A stretch of 64,000 nt of DNA from Candidatus Nomurabacteria bacterium (GCA_026395915.1 JAPLXU010000020.1:18729-82728); one strand, 5' to 3'. Counted from the stretch's first letter, positions 46,019 through 56,615 are shown. Translations and numbers: made by a program. The notes: generated by a model not told the origin, from the sequence alone.

Positions 46019-47110
46019 TTGTGCTATTATGTTTTTATGTTTGAAAAGGGCAACACAACTTCTATTTCCATAACCACCGGCACGATGGTTCGGGCAGTTC
46101 TCATTCTGCTTTGCGTGTTTCTGTTGTGGTTTTTGAGAGATTTAACTTTAGTCGTTTTGACCTCAATCGTGATCGCTTCTTTTATCGATTCATCGGTTCC
46201 ACATTTTCAAAAAATAGGAATAAACAGAGTTTTCGGGATTGTTATTTTTTACGCTATATCTCTTCTCGTCTTAGCAGGAGTGTTTTATCTTTTTGCTCCA
46301 CTTCTCATCACTGAAATTTATAATTTTTCCAATTTCGTCTCGACTTATATTCCAAACGTAACATTTCTAAATTTTTTCCAAAACGAAGCGTTCTCCGGCG
46401 CGAAAGACATAGTCAACGCTCTTTCCGGTCATTTCTCAATTGCCACGCTTCTGTCCGTGTCGAGAGCTTTTGTCTTGAATCTTTCTGGTGGGTTTTTTCA
46501 GATTATTTCTGTCGCCTTCGGCAGTATTTTCAACTTTATTTTAATTATTCTCATTTCTTTTTATTTTTCAATTCAAGAAAAAGGCATAGAAAATTTTCTC
46601 AAGATTATTATTCCCGCTCAATACGACGATTATGCGGTGGATTTATGGGTGCGTTCCAGTCTCAAGATAGGTCTTTGGGTGAAAGGACAGATGGTTGTGG
46701 GGCTTGTTGTTGGAATTCTCATCTACCTTATACTTTCGCTTATTGGAATAGAATATGCATTCCTTCTTGCGATTATCGCTGGAGTGATGGAGATGGTTCC
46801 ATACGGCATTTGGGTCGCTATGATTCCTGCTTTTGCTTTTTCCTATCTTTCGAGCGGAATTTCTAGCGCTCTCATGGTCGTCGGGGCATATCTCATTGTT
46901 CATCAATTTGAAATCTTTCTTTTCGCTCCGCTTATCATCAAAAAAATCGTGGGTCTCTCGCCGATTGTGATTATTCTTTCAGTGTTGATTGGTTTTGAAT
47001 TGGGAGGATTTTGGGGAGCGATTCTTTCCATTCCTATTGCGGTAATCATCATGGAATTTTTGAGCGACGTTGAGAAAAATAAAATTTTAGCCCGAACCCA
47101 AAATAAATAG
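46019..47110 (+). CDS. AI-2E family (UPF0118/PerM-like) membrane transporter
   Basis: 8-TM pattern with conserved GIEYAFLLAIIAGVMEMVPYGIWV region; true start may be an internal Met (46037 or 46085). Confidence 0.75.
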   Translation: MCYYVFMFEKGNTTSISITTGTMVRAVLILLCVFLLWFLRDLTLVVLTSIVIASFIDSSVPHFQKIGINRVFGIVIFYAISLLVLAGVFYLFAPLLITEIYNFSNFVSTYIPNVTFLNFFQNEAFSGAKDIVNALSGHFSIATLLSVSRAFVLNLSGGFFQIISVAFGSIFNFILIILISFYFSIQEKGIENFLKIIIPAQYDDYAVDLWVRSSLKIGLWVKGQMVVGLVVGILIYLILSLIGIEYAFLLAIIAGVMEMVPYGIWVAMIPAFAFSYLSSGISSALMVVGAYLIVHQFEIFLFAPLIIKKIVGLSPIVIILSVLIGFELGGFWGAILSIPIAVIIMEFLSDVEKNKILARTQNK

Positions 47111-47119
47111 TGATAAATA

Positions 47120-48610
47120 ATGATGAGCAAAGAAAAAAAATCTTTCTACATTACGACAACAATTCCTTATGTGAATGCAGATCCTCACATTGGTTTTGCG
47201 CTTGAGCTAGTGCAATCAGATGCTGTTGCGAGGTATCAGCGTCTGGCGGGAAAAGATGTTTTTTTTAGTACGGGGACCGATGAGTATGGCCAGAAAATTT
47301 GGGAAGCAAGCCAAAAAGAAGGTAAAGACGTGCAAGACTATGTCGATTTTTACGCGCAGAAGTTTATAGAACTCAAGGGCGTTCTTAATTTATCGTATGA
47401 CAATTTTATCAGGACAACGAGCAAGGAGCACGTTTTAGCATCTCAAGAATTTTGGCGTCTTTGCGACGTAAAAGGTGATATTTACAAGAAAAAATATCGA
47501 GGGCTCTATTGTGTAGGGTGCGAGAAATTTATCACAGAAAAAGATCTTGTAGACGGTAGGTGTTCGCTTCATCCAAACATAAAGCCTGAGATGGTTGAAG
47601 AAGAAAATTATTTTTTTAGAATAACGAATTACAAGAAACAATTACTTGAGTATCTCTCGAATGAAAAAGCGGTTTTTCCTGAGTGGAGGAGAAGAGAGGC
47701 CATAGATTTCGTGCAAGATGGTATGGAAGATTTTTCGATTTCTCGCGACAAGAAGCGTTTTTCTTGGGGCATACCGATACCGGGAGATGACAAACAAGTC
47801 ATGTATGTTTGGTTTGGAGCTTTCATAAATTATATTTCGACTTTGGGATGGCCGAACTTCCACCACCCCGCCTCTGGCACCCCTCCTCGGACAGGAGGGG
47901 AGAATCTTTTTGAAAAATTTTGGCAAAATGGAGAGACAATTCAAACTGCTGGCAAGGACATGGTTAAGTTTCAATCGGTTATGTGGCAAGGGATGTTAAT
48001 GTCTGCAGGTCTGCGGGCGACGGATACGGTTGTCTATCACGGTTTCATCACTGGCGAAGGCGGTATTATCAAAATGTCCAAATCTCTCGGCAATGTGATC
48101 AATCCAAGCAATATTGTAAAAGAATACGGCACGGATGCGTTGCGTTATTTTCTCTTGCGCGAAATTTCTTCGTTCGAGGACAGCCCGTTCACAATGGAAA
48201 GATTCAAAGAAGCCTACAATGCTGGATTAGCGAATGGATTGGGGAATTTAGTGAGTCGGGTAATGAAAATGGCAAGTGATAATTTAGAAAAACCGGTAGA
48301 TGTTTTTGAAGATTTTTACCCAAAACTAGATTATGATTTATTTATGGAGAAGTTTGATTTATCACAAGCAATAAATATTATATGGATTTATGTTGGAAGT
48401 ATGGATAAATATATTCAAGAACACAAACCTTTCCAAATTATTAAAGAAGATAAAATAAAAGGGAAAAACATGATTTCTGAATTAGTTTTAATGCTCCACC
48501 ATGTTGCTAAAAAATTAGAACCATTTATGCCGAAAACATCTGAAAAAATTATAGAGTGTATTATTAAAAATAAAATGCCAGAAAAACCATTATTTTTACG
48601 CAAGGAATAA
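47120..48610 (+). CDS. metG: methionine--tRNA ligase (minimal form)
   Basis: YITTTIPYVNADPHIGF (HIGH-like), zinc knuckle CVGCEKF...C, KMSKSLGN. Confidence 0.9.
   Translation: MMSKEKKSFYITTTIPYVNADPHIGFALELVQSDAVARYQRLAGKDVFFSTGTDEYGQKIWEASQKEGKDVQDYVDFYAQKFIELKGVLNLSYDNFIRTTSKEHVLASQEFWRLCDVKGDIYKKKYRGLYCVGCEKFITEKDLVDGRCSLHPNIKPEMVEEENYFFRITNYKKQLLEYLSNEKAVFPEWRRREAIDFVQDGMEDFSISRDKKRFSWGIPIPGDDKQVMYVWFGAFINYISTLGWPNFHHPASGTPPRTGGENLFEKFWQNGETIQTAGKDMVKFQSVMWQGMLMSAGLRATDTVVYHGFITGEGGIIKMSKSLGNVINPSNIVKEYGTDALRYFLLREISSFEDSPFTMERFKEAYNAGLANGLGNLVSRVMKMASDNLEKPVDVFEDFYPKLDYDLFMEKFDLSQAINIIWIYVGSMDKYIQEHKPFQIIKEDKIKGKNMISELVLMLHHVAKKLEPFMPKTSEKIIECIIKNKMPEKPLFLRKE
47861..47905. repeat. GC-rich hairpin cccctcctcgg-acag-gaggggag in-frame in metG (encodes HHPASGTPPRTGGEN)
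   Basis: palindrome read directly; GC island in AT-rich gene. Confidence 0.7.
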
Positions 48611-48612
48611 GT

Positions 48613-48652
48613 ACTCCCACCCTGACCCTCCCCCTACATAGGGTGAGGGAAA
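48613..48652. repeat. C-rich/G-rich imperfect hairpin ccaccctgaccctccccctacatagggtgaggg after metG stop
   Basis: shares cctgaccYtcccc core with element at 61981. Confidence 0.6.
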
Positions 48653-48664
48653 AATACAAACTAT

Positions 48665-49051
48665 ATGTTTTTATATAACGATCCTAAATTTAAACCTAGA
48701 CGCAAGGAATTACGCCACAATGAAACCAAGGAAGAAAAATTATTGTGGAATAGTTTGCGAAGAAAAAATCTTGGTTTTAAATTTTCTCGCCAATATTCTG
48801 CCGGTCCGTATATTTTAGATTTCTATTGTTCAGAAAAAAGGATTGGCATTGAGTTAGATGGTTCTCAACACCTAGACAACAAAGAGTATGACAAAGAAAG
48901 AGATAATTATCTATTAATGAACGACATAAAAGTTTTGCGTTTTTGGAATAGTGAGATAAATGCTAATATTGATGAAGTGTTAGAAAAAATTAAGAACGAA
49001 CTCGCGATTTTGCCTCCCCTTAATGTAAGGGGAGGTTTGGAGGGGTTATAA
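48665..49051 (+). CDS. DUF559-family endonuclease-like protein (Vsr/RecB nuclease fold)
   Basis: YILDFYCSEKRIGIELDGSQH ... RDNYLLMNDIKVLRFW pattern; 128 aa. Confidence 0.75.
   Translation: MFLYNDPKFKPRRKELRHNETKEEKLLWNSLRRKNLGFKFSRQYSAGPYILDFYCSEKRIGIELDGSQHLDNKEYDKERDNYLLMNDIKVLRFWNSEINANIDEVLEKIKNELAILPPLNVRGGLEGL
49014..49036. repeat. perfect hairpin cctcccctta-atg-taaggggagg forming the last codons of the DUF559 gene
   Basis: 10-bp stem read directly; encodes PPLNVRGG. Confidence 0.8.
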
Positions 49052-49064
49052 TGATATTTTATTT

Positions 49065-49928
49065 ATGCTTCCAAAATACATCGACATCCATTGCCACGTT
49101 AATTTCAAAGCTTTTGACACAAATCGAGACGAGGTCATAAAGCGTGCCTTGGATAATAATGTTTGGGTGATAAATGTTGGCACACAGATAGACACTTCAA
49201 AAAAAGCGTTGGAAATTGCGAATCAATACGATGAAGGTGTCTATGCGATTGTTGGATTGCATCCAATCCATACCGGAGCGTCTTTTCATGATGAAAGTGA
49301 GATAGGCGAAGGAGGGGAGGAGTTCTCCTCACGCGGAGAAATTTTTAATAAAGAATCTTACCGAGAACTTCTGAAAAATAAAAAAGTTATTGGGATAGGG
49401 GAGTGCGGATTGGATTATTATCATTGCTCCGAAGAATCGGTTTTAAAACAAAAAGAAGTTTTTGTAGCACAAATAGAATTTTCGAACGAAACGAACAAAC
49501 CGTTGATGATTCATGTTAGAAATAATTATGAAAATAAAAACAGAGATGCTTACGCTGACGTACTTGAACTTTTGAAACAGCATGCAAAAGTTGGTGGCGT
49601 AGTTCATTTTTTTGAAAGCAGTCTTGAAAACGCAAAGAAATTCATAGAACTTGGTTTTTTTGTTTCTTTTACCGGAGTCATCACTTATCCTCCTAAGAAA
49701 AACGGACAAGGTTGCGATTATGCGAAAATAATCAAAGAGATCTCGCTTGATATGATTTTGACTGACACAGATTCTCCGTACGTTGCGCCTGTGCCTTATC
49801 GTGGCAAGACAAACGAACCGTTGTATGTCAAAGAAATCGTGAAAAAAATTGCTGAAATAAAAAACATGCCTGAATCTGAAGTCGCAGGGGCGATTATTGC
49901 AAATGCCAGACGAGTATTTACTTTTTAA
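49065..49928 (+). CDS. tatD: TatD-family DNase/hydrolase
   Basis: IDIHCHVNF, GECGLDYY, metal-binding His/Asp pattern. Confidence 0.85.
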   Translation: MLPKYIDIHCHVNFKAFDTNRDEVIKRALDNNVWVINVGTQIDTSKKALEIANQYDEGVYAIVGLHPIHTGASFHDESEIGEGGEEFSSRGEIFNKESYRELLKNKKVIGIGECGLDYYHCSEESVLKQKEVFVAQIEFSNETNKPLMIHVRNNYENKNRDAYADVLELLKQHAKVGGVVHFFESSLENAKKFIELGFFVSFTGVITYPPKKNGQGCDYAKIIKEISLDMILTDTDSPYVAPVPYRGKTNEPLYVKEIVKKIAEIKNMPESEVAGAIIANARRVFTF

Positions 49929-49952
49929 GGTCTTTTTGCTACTATATAGTTC

Positions 49953-50453
49953 ATGTCAGAGGCAGAAGTTAAAGTCGAAAATGAAATATTAGAAGATGGA
50001 AATTCTCAGGTCTACGAGCTTGGCTATCTTTTGGTGCCTTCTATAAAAGAAGAAGATCTAGGAGTTAATTATGGCAACCTAAAAGAACTCGTGGCATCTT
50101 TTGGCGGGGAGATCATAACTGACGAGATGCCGAAAGCGATCAATCTTGCTTATTCTATGCAGAAAGTTACATCTAATGTGCGCCAGAAATTCAGCACGGC
50201 ATATTTTGGCTGGACTAAATTCATAATGGATACTCAAAAAGTTTTGGAAATGAAAAAACATCTTGACCTTGATCCAAACTTTATTCGATTTTTGATATTA
50301 AAAACAGTCAAAGAAAATACTATAGCTGTAAAGAGATTTGCACGAGGAGAGACTTACAGAAGACCAAAAACAAAAAGCTCTGAGAATGAGACTGTTGTTC
50401 CAATAAACAAAGAAGAGATAGATAAAGAAATAGAAGCATTAATAGCAGTTTAA
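49953..50453 (+). CDS. rpsF: ribosomal protein S6 (extended)
   Basis: YELGYLLVP ... GGEI ... LAYSM pattern and position in conserved rpsF-ssb-rpsR order. Confidence 0.7.
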   Translation: MSEAEVKVENEILEDGNSQVYELGYLLVPSIKEEDLGVNYGNLKELVASFGGEIITDEMPKAINLAYSMQKVTSNVRQKFSTAYFGWTKFIMDTQKVLEMKKHLDLDPNFIRFLILKTVKENTIAVKRFARGETYRRPKTKSSENETVVPINKEEIDKEIEALIAV

Positions 50454-50464
50454 TTATTAAAATT

Positions 50465-50914
50465 ATGTATTTAAATAAAGTAATAATTGTGGGCAACCTT
50501 ACTCGTGATCCGGAGCTTACGGCTATACCTTCCGGACAAAAAGTTTGTAAGTTTGGTGTCGCGACGAATCGCGTTTGGAAGGATAAGAGTGGCGCCAAAC
50601 AAGAATCCACCAGTTATCACAATGTTGTAGTTTGGGGCAGACAAGCGGAAACTTCGGCTCAATATTTAAAGAAAGGTCAGCAAGTAATGATAGAAGGACG
50701 CATTGAGACTCGCAGTTGGGATGACAAAACATCCGGAGAGAAAAAATATAGAACAGAAATTATCGCAGATAGAGTGCAATTCGGAGCAAAAAGTGGAGGA
50801 GCTAGCACGGGGACGCCGAATACTCCATCAGCAAAAACATCGTCGGGTGGGGGAGAAGTCGACACAATAGAATATCCAGAAGAAGACATTAGCCCTGAAG
50901 ATATACCATTTTAA
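50465..50914 (+). CDS. ssb: single-stranded DNA-binding protein
   Basis: OB-fold [15 protein letters not shown], acidic C-terminal tip DIPF. Confidence 0.9.
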   Translation: MYLNKVIIVGNLTRDPELTAIPSGQKVCKFGVATNRVWKDKSGAKQESTSYHNVVVWGRQAETSAQYLKKGQQVMIEGRIETRSWDDKTSGEKKYRTEIIADRVQFGAKSGGASTGTPNTPSAKTSSGGGEVDTIEYPEEDISPEDIPF

Positions 50915-50925
50915 TAACAAAATTT

Positions 50926-51126
50926 ATGAAACAAGATTATTTTTCAGCCAACAATATAAAATATATAGACTACAAGGATGTTGAAATCCTAAAGAAATTT
51001 TTGAGTCCAAACGGCAAGATCATGAGCCACAAAAGAACTGGCGTAACTGCCAAGAATCAGCGAGCTCTTGCGAACGCCATCAAACATGCGCGCTTCCTCG
51101 GTCTTTTGCCTTTCGTAGTAAAATAA
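50926..51126 (+). CDS. rpsR: ribosomal protein S18
   Basis: [29 protein letters not shown] ... [18 protein letters not shown]. Confidence 0.85.
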   Translation: MKQDYFSANNIKYIDYKDVEILKKFLSPNGKIMSHKRTGVTAKNQRALANAIKHARFLGLLPFVVK

Positions 51127-51141
51127 TCTCTTTACTTTGCC

Positions 51142-51723
51142 ATGTCAAAACTAGAATACAACGAAATTCGTGAGAAAAAAATCATTATTTATGATGGCGA
51201 ACCTTGCGAGGTTATAGAGTCTCATGTCGCGAGGACTCAGCAAAGGAAACCTCAAAATCAAGTGAAGTTGAAGACCCTGATTTCAGGCAAAACCATTAAT
51301 GCTACTTTTCATGTTTCCGAATCAGCTGATGAAGCGGACATTGCGAAAAAGCCTATAACTTTTCTTTATCACAACAAAGGTGAATATTGGTTCTGCGATC
51401 CAGAGGATAAAAGCAAGAGATTCAAACTCGATTACGCGCTTATCGGCGAGTCGGCAAAATTTTTAAAACAAAATAGCGAAGTAGAAGCTGTGGTTTGGGA
51501 AAATGAAGATGAAACTGAGCAGATAATAAAAGTCACTCTTCCTATTAAAATGAATTTTAAAGTCAAAGAAGCTCCTCCAGCTGTTCGTGGAGACACGTCA
51601 AAAGGGGGAATGAAAGTCATTACTCTCGAAAATGGCACAACTTTGAACGCTCCAATGTTTATAAACGAAGGAGACGTCGTAAGCATAAATACCGAAAACG
51701 GAGAATACGTAGAGAGAGTGTAA
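51142..51723 (+). CDS. efp: elongation factor P
   Basis: three OB-like domains, C-terminal GDVVSINTENGEYVERV. Confidence 0.85.
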   Translation: MSKLEYNEIREKKIIIYDGEPCEVIESHVARTQQRKPQNQVKLKTLISGKTINATFHVSESADEADIAKKPITFLYHNKGEYWFCDPEDKSKRFKLDYALIGESAKFLKQNSEVEAVVWENEDETEQIIKVTLPIKMNFKVKEAPPAVRGDTSKGGMKVITLENGTTLNAPMFINEGDVVSINTENGEYVERV

Positions 51724-51733
51724 GGATGTAAAA

Positions 51734-52774
51734 CTAAACTTCTTCTGCAAATTTTTTGCGGATTTCTTTTAGGATTTGGTTGGATGTCTTTTCGTTTTCT
51801 TTCAAGAATGTGCGAGTGGAATCGTAGCCCACGCCGAGTTTCACTTTTTCTGCCTTCTCTTCTGCAGGTTTGTAGAAATATGAATTTCCTGTTTTTTCTA
51901 TTATTCCGAATTTTTCTCCGAGCGCCATAATTTCACCTTCTTTAGAGATACCTTCGTTATAAATTATATCGAATTCTGTCTGCTTGAACGGCGCGGCGAC
52001 TTTATTTTTCACTATTTTCACGCGAGTGCGAGAGCCCACAACTTCTTCACCTTTTTTTATTTGAGCAATTTTTCGAATATCTAGTCGGACAGAAGTATAG
52101 AATTTCAGCGCTTTTCCTCCCGGAGTTGTTTCTGGGTTGCCGAACATTACTCCTATCTGCATTCTGATTTGGTTGATGAAAATCACGACAGTTTTAGACT
52201 TAGCGACGATAGCGGTGAGTTTTCGAAGCGCCTGCGACATGAGTCTCGCTTGCTTGCCGACATGATAAGCTCCCATATCGCCCTCGATCTCGTCTTTTGG
52301 AGTGAGAGCTGCGACAGAGTCAATGACGATTACATCAATTTTCCCCGTTCGCACGAGGGATTCCACGATTTCGAGCGCCTGTTCGCCATTGTCCGGTTGG
52401 GAAATGAGAAGATTGTTTATATTGACTCCGAGTTTTTTTGTATATTCTGGATCCATCGCATGTTCGGCATCTATGTATGCGCAAACACCTCCCAATTTTT
52501 GTGCTTCAGCCACGATATGAAGAGACAAAGTCGTCTTGCCTGAAGATTCTGGTCCGAATATCTCGATAATTCTTCCGCGTGGTATACCCCCGACTCCGAG
52601 CGCCATGTCGAGACCTATGGAACCGGTCGGAATCACATTAACGTCCACTTTCGGCGAGTCGCCAAACTTCATTATCGCTCCCTCTCCGAATTTTGTCTGG
52701 ATGGCCTTCAAGGTATCATCGAGCATAGCTATCCCCGTAGTCTTATCTTCTTTTTTTTCTTTTTTCTTTAACAT
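51734..52774 (-). CDS. recA: recombinase RecA
   Basis: [20 protein letters not shown]alker [13 protein letters not shown]2 loop region. Confidence 0.95.
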   Translation of the reverse strand: MLKKKEKKEDKTTGIAMLDDTLKAIQTKFGEGAIMKFGDSPKVDVNVIPTGSIGLDMALGVGGIPRGRIIEIFGPESSGKTTLSLHIVAEAQKLGGVCAYIDAEHAMDPEYTKKLGVNINNLLISQPDNGEQALEIVESLVRTGKIDVIVIDSVAALTPKDEIEGDMGAYHVGKQARLMSQALRKLTAIVAKSKTVVIFINQIRMQIGVMFGNPETTPGGKALKFYTSVRLDIRKIAQIKKGEEVVGSRTRVKIVKNKVAAPFKQTEFDIIYNEGISKEGEIMALGEKFGIIEKTGNSYFYKPAEEKAEKVKLGVGYDSTRTFLKENEKTSNQILKEIRKKFAEEV

Positions 52775-52873
52775 ACTTTTATTGATTAGTTAAATAATTT
52801 TTCTTTTTTAAATGGTCTGGCTGGGGGAGGGACCCAGAGAACCGAGGACCTTTAAAAAAGAAAAATTATCATG

Positions 52874-53233
52874 CTAATATATTAATTTATAATTTTTTTC
52901 ATCGACGTATCCAAACTTATCTTTGGCCGTTATGTTTATTATATTATATCCAGAAAGGAGCGCAATAGTCTCGTTGAAATTGCCATCTTGATCAACTGAA
53001 ATTTCTCGGCCGTCCAAAGTCAAATTTGTCGCATTCTTTGTATTACCCGTTATTTTAACGATACTATCAGCGATTTTTTCTCCAGATTGCGCAGGTTCGC
53101 TATTTATATTCACATCCTTTATTTTTACTCCTAGAATCAAATCATGAGAACGAAACAAGCCATAGATGATAATAACCAAGAAAAAAATGGAAAGGCTACT
53201 TATCTGCAAGATTTTTTTTGCATCATTGTTCAT
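52874..53233 (-). CDS. small membrane-anchored secreted protein (119 aa)
   Basis: N-terminal TM LSIFFLVIIIYGLF then beta-rich domain; 4-nt overlap with ftsK. Confidence 0.55.
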   Translation of the reverse strand: MNNDAKKILQISSLSIFFLVIIIYGLFRSHDLILGVKIKDVNINSEPAQSGEKIADSIVKITGNTKNATNLTLDGREISVDQDGNFNETIALLSGYNIINITAKDKFGYVDEKNYKLIY

Positions 53234-55431
53234 ATTACATTCCCGCCATTTTCATCATGGGTGATTTTCTCCAATACTTCTCTCGGTTTTGCGCCGTCCC
53301 CGGGTCCAATTACTCCACGTTCTTCTAATTTATCCATCAGTCGTGCCGCTCGCGCGTATCCCAATTTTAATTTTCGTTGCAAATAAGAAGTTGATGCTTT
53401 GCCAGCTTCTACCACGCAAGCTCTCGCTTCCTCATACATTTCATCATCGTCTTCAAGATCTTCGTCGCTGTCTAACGTGCTTTCAAAAATACTTTTATCA
53501 GCCGAAATTGACCCAGAGGATAAACTTATCTCGGCAGTCACTTCGTCTTTGTAGCTATCGGCTAAGTACTTAACAACTTTTTTGACTTCCGATTCAGAAA
53601 TAAACGCGCTTTGCAATCTTTCAGGCTGGGCTTCGCCAGAAGAGTAGAGCATATCTCCAGCGCCCAAGAGTTTTTCTGCTCCGCCAGCGTCCAAAATAGT
53701 ACGGGAATCGATTTGTGAGGAGACTTTCAGAGCTACACGTGCAGGAATGTTGGCCTTAATCAAACCGGTGATGACGTTAACTTCTGGACGTTGAGTGGAA
53801 AGTATCAGGTGGATACCAACCGCGCGAGACATTTGCGCGAGGCGGACAATAGCTGATTCGAGCTCTCTTGGATAAGAGCTCATAATATCCGCCAATTCGT
53901 CTATAACAATGACGATGTATGGCAAGCGATCAGCTTCGACTTCTGTCACAATTCCCTCGCTGTCAGTTTTGGTCTTTTTCGGTTTTTTGCCAAAAATGTT
54001 TGTGTGATAAGACTCGATATCTCGCACTGATTCCGTTTCAAGTATGTCGTATCGGCGATCCATCTCTTTTGCTGCCCATTTGAGGGCAAGAATAGTTTTC
54101 TTTGCTTCGGTGATGACAGGCGTGAGCAGGTGAGGGATATTGTTGTAAAGAGTTAACTCAACTCGTTTTGGATCTATTAATATGAATTTCAAATCGTCCG
54201 GCCCATTTCTGTACAAGAGAGAAGTAATCATCGAGTGGATGGTCACTGATTTTCCAGAGCCTGTTGTACCGGCAACGAGAATGTGAGGCATTTTAGCAAG
54301 GTTCCCAAAAACCGCTTTGCCAGAAATATTTCTGCCGAGAGCTGTCATAAGAGGTTTTATAGAATTTTGGAATTTTTCATCCGAGAGGAGAGTGGCAAGT
54401 CCAACTATTGATTTTGATTTATTCGGAATTTCAATACCGACTAGAGATTTGCCGGGAATCGGCGCTTCTATGCGGATTGGGTGAGCGGCGAGCGAGAGCG
54501 CGAGGTCATTTTGCAGTCCGACAATTCGCGAAAGTTTTATTCCCTCGGCTGGTTTCAAGGCATAACGTGTGACTGTCGGTCCGATTGTGATCTCATCCAT
54601 TTCCACTTCAATGCCAAAGTTTGCAAGTGTGCGTTTGATAATGTTTGCGTTCGCTTTGATGTCACCGGTATTTGGTTTACCTTTGTCTTCTTCAAGAAGC
54701 GATAATGGGGGAGGGACATAAGTGGAAATCAATCCTCCCTTTCTTTTTCTAATTGGTATTTCTTCTTCCTCTTCTACTTTGTCCATACCCAGCGCTTTTT
54801 TAATTTTTTCTCCCGCAGTTTCTTTTTCTGATTCGATTGATTCTTTCTTTTCTTCTTCGGAATTTTGAGAGTCCACAGGTTCCTCTTCTTTCTCATCAGG
54901 GTCCGAAACAGAGACAGGTTTCTTCTTTTTTGAAATTAGGTCCCAAAGTTTTTTGAAGAGCGACCCAAGTTCTAACTTATCATTAAATATCACTAGAATC
55001 GAAATCATTAAGAGTGCTCCGAGGAAAATTATGCTCGCGTACACCTCAAAGAGGGAGACGAGAGGTGTTGCTAAAATTTTTCCGAGCAGTCCGCCAGAAT
55101 TTTTATCTAAAACTATATTCAATATTCCAAGACTAGAGAGCAGAAACACCACTCCGCTTATTGAGGTTCTCCATCCTACGTTCGGAGTTTTTGATTTCAG
55201 ATACGATATTCCAAGTAAGACGAGAAGAGTCGGAAGAAAAAAATATCCCACATCTCCTAAAACATTTTTGAAAAAGTTTTTTATAAACTCGCCTGCGACT
55301 CCTGTCGCGCCGAATGCGGACATTAAAAAAAACAACGCGAAAACAAAAAAAATTATCGCCATAATTCCATGTTTTGTCTGAACTTTCAATCCGGAAGATT
55401 CTCTCTCTTCTCTCTTTACATTTTTTGCCAT
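53230..55431 (-). CDS. ftsK: DNA translocase FtsK/SpoIIIE
   Basis: N-terminal TMs, acidic linker, motor domain with GTTGSGKS Walker A, C-terminal gamma wHTH. Confidence 0.9.
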   Translation of the reverse strand: MAKNVKREERESSGLKVQTKHGIMAIIFFVFALFFLMSAFGATGVAGEFIKNFFKNVLGDVGYFFLPTLLVLLGISYLKSKTPNVGWRTSISGVVFLLSSLGILNIVLDKNSGGLLGKILATPLVSLFEVYASIIFLGALLMISILVIFNDKLELGSLFKKLWDLISKKKKPVSVSDPDEKEEEPVDSQNSEEEKKESIESEKETAGEKIKKALGMDKVEEEEEIPIRKRKGGLISTYVPPPLSLLEEDKGKPNTGDIKANANIIKRTLANFGIEVEMDEITIGPTVTRYALKPAEGIKLSRIVGLQNDLALSLAAHPIRIEAPIPGKSLVGIEIPNKSKSIVGLATLLSDEKFQNSIKPLMTALGRNISGKAVFGNLAKMPHILVAGTTGSGKSVTIHSMITSLLYRNGPDDLKFILIDPKRVELTLYNNIPHLLTPVITEAKKTILALKWAAKEMDRRYDILETESVRDIESYHTNIFGKKPKKTKTDSEGIVTEVEADRLPYIVIVIDELADIMSSYPRELESAIVRLAQMSRAVGIHLILSTQRPEVNVITGLIKANIPARVALKVSSQIDSRTILDAGGAEKLLGAGDMLYSSGEAQPERLQSAFISESEVKKVVKYLADSYKDEVTAEISLSSGSISADKSIFESTLDSDEDLEDDDEMYEEARACVVEAGKASTSYLQRKLKLGYARAARLMDKLEERGVIGPGDGAKPREVLEKITHDENGGNVI

Positions 55432-55601
55432 GTGTCTATTTTAGCATGAATATATATCAAAAAGAAGATTATTATTTTATACTGCACAAAAATTTTTTGC
55501 TAAAAATTTTCTCTGTCCATCGCCGTCGCGATTCCCAAGGCAGTCTAAAACAATAATCTTCTTTTTGATAACTTGAACCTAGAACCTTGTCACTAGAACC
55601 T

Positions 55602-55629
55602 CAAAGAAAAATGCTTGCATTTTTCTTTG
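55602..55629. promoter_or_regulatory. perfect 13-bp inverted repeat caaagaaaaatgc-tt-gcatttttctttg just upstream of -10 tatataat of gene 55649
   Basis: read directly; operator-like position. Confidence 0.5.
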
Positions 55630-55648
55630 TCCTATATATAATGGACAA

Positions 55649-56455
55649 ATGTTTGGAGAAAAGAAAAATCTCAAGGACCCTGAACAGAAGTCTATGACTT
55701 CATATGGGACGAACTCTCAAAGTATGTCTGTTGTATTGTCTTATACAAAAACAAATAAGCTTGTTACTGCACTCTATATGGTAACGGACATGATTGATAG
55801 GGAGGAACCTATCAGAAATAAATTGAGAGCTCTTGGTTCAGAAATCATATCGGACATTCACACTATGCCGATAGCAAGAACTGTTCTTGCTACAAGTATT
55901 GAAGAGATCATGTCCTTTTTAGATATCGCTTCAGCCATAGGTTTTATCTCAGAAATGAATTGCTCAATTCTTAAAAAAGAGTTTATTGAGTTAAAAGAAT
56001 CAATACAAGAATCAAACATAAAACCCGCATGGTTGGAAGAGTTTTTTCAGGGTTCTTCTCATATCGGACATGCCGAATTAGTTAAAGGACAGCCAATAAG
56101 GACAAGAATTGGTGTCCAAAAAGGAAGTACTTTGATGAAAGCTTTGTCCGATAAAACTCGTCTCATGTCCGATAGTAGTGAATTGAGATCTAACACGTTG
56201 AATCCTGATTCTCACACTCGAGATTTTGATATGCTTAAAAAACAAAGACGATATAACATAACTAATGTTATAAAAAATAATGCAGAAGGTTCCACCATCA
56301 AGGACATAAAAGCAAAGGTGAATTATGGGGTGGAGGAAACGCTTATTTGTAGTGAGAAAACTTTGCAAAGGGAATTAGTGTCCATGATAAAAGATGGTGT
56401 CCTTTATAAGACGGGGGAGAAACGTTGGAGTAGGTATTTTATGAAAAAAACCTAG
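55649..56455 (+). CDS. hypothetical protein with helical N-terminal domain and C-terminal winged-helix-like segment (268 aa)
   Basis: C-terminal TLQRELVSMIKDGVLYKTGEKRWSRY resembles wHTH wing; no family recognised. Confidence 0.5.
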   Translation: MFGEKKNLKDPEQKSMTSYGTNSQSMSVVLSYTKTNKLVTALYMVTDMIDREEPIRNKLRALGSEIISDIHTMPIARTVLATSIEEIMSFLDIASAIGFISEMNCSILKKEFIELKESIQESNIKPAWLEEFFQGSSHIGHAELVKGQPIRTRIGVQKGSTLMKALSDKTRLMSDSSELRSNTLNPDSHTRDFDMLKKQRRYNITNVIKNNAEGSTIKDIKAKVNYGVEETLICSEKTLQRELVSMIKDGVLYKTGEKRWSRYFMKKT

Positions 56456-56460
56456 AATTT

Positions 56461-56543
56461 CCTCCTCTCCTTTCAGGAGAGGATTGAGGTGAGGTTTCTG
56501 TAAATTCACCTCACCCTAACCCTCTCCTGAAAGGAGAGGGTGG
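56461..56543. repeat. compound GC-rich palindromic element: cctctcctttcaggagagg + ggtgagg-N-cctcacc + ccctctcctgaaaggagaggg
   Basis: three nested hairpins forming an about 83-bp imperfect palindrome; 35-bp block nearly identical to 62019-62053. Confidence 0.8.
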
Positions 56544-56615
56544 AATATCCTCTTGCCTTGCATTTTGCTTAAAAGTATGAGAATATGGGGTATGGTCTCT
56601 GCCCACAAAAGGGAG

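Noticed and set aside
52810-52850. G-rich segment ctgggggagggacccag between the small minus-strand gene and recA, possible REP-like element
   Set aside because: Only a 5-bp stem; no clear similarity to the other hairpin cores; likely just part of recA promoter/terminator region.
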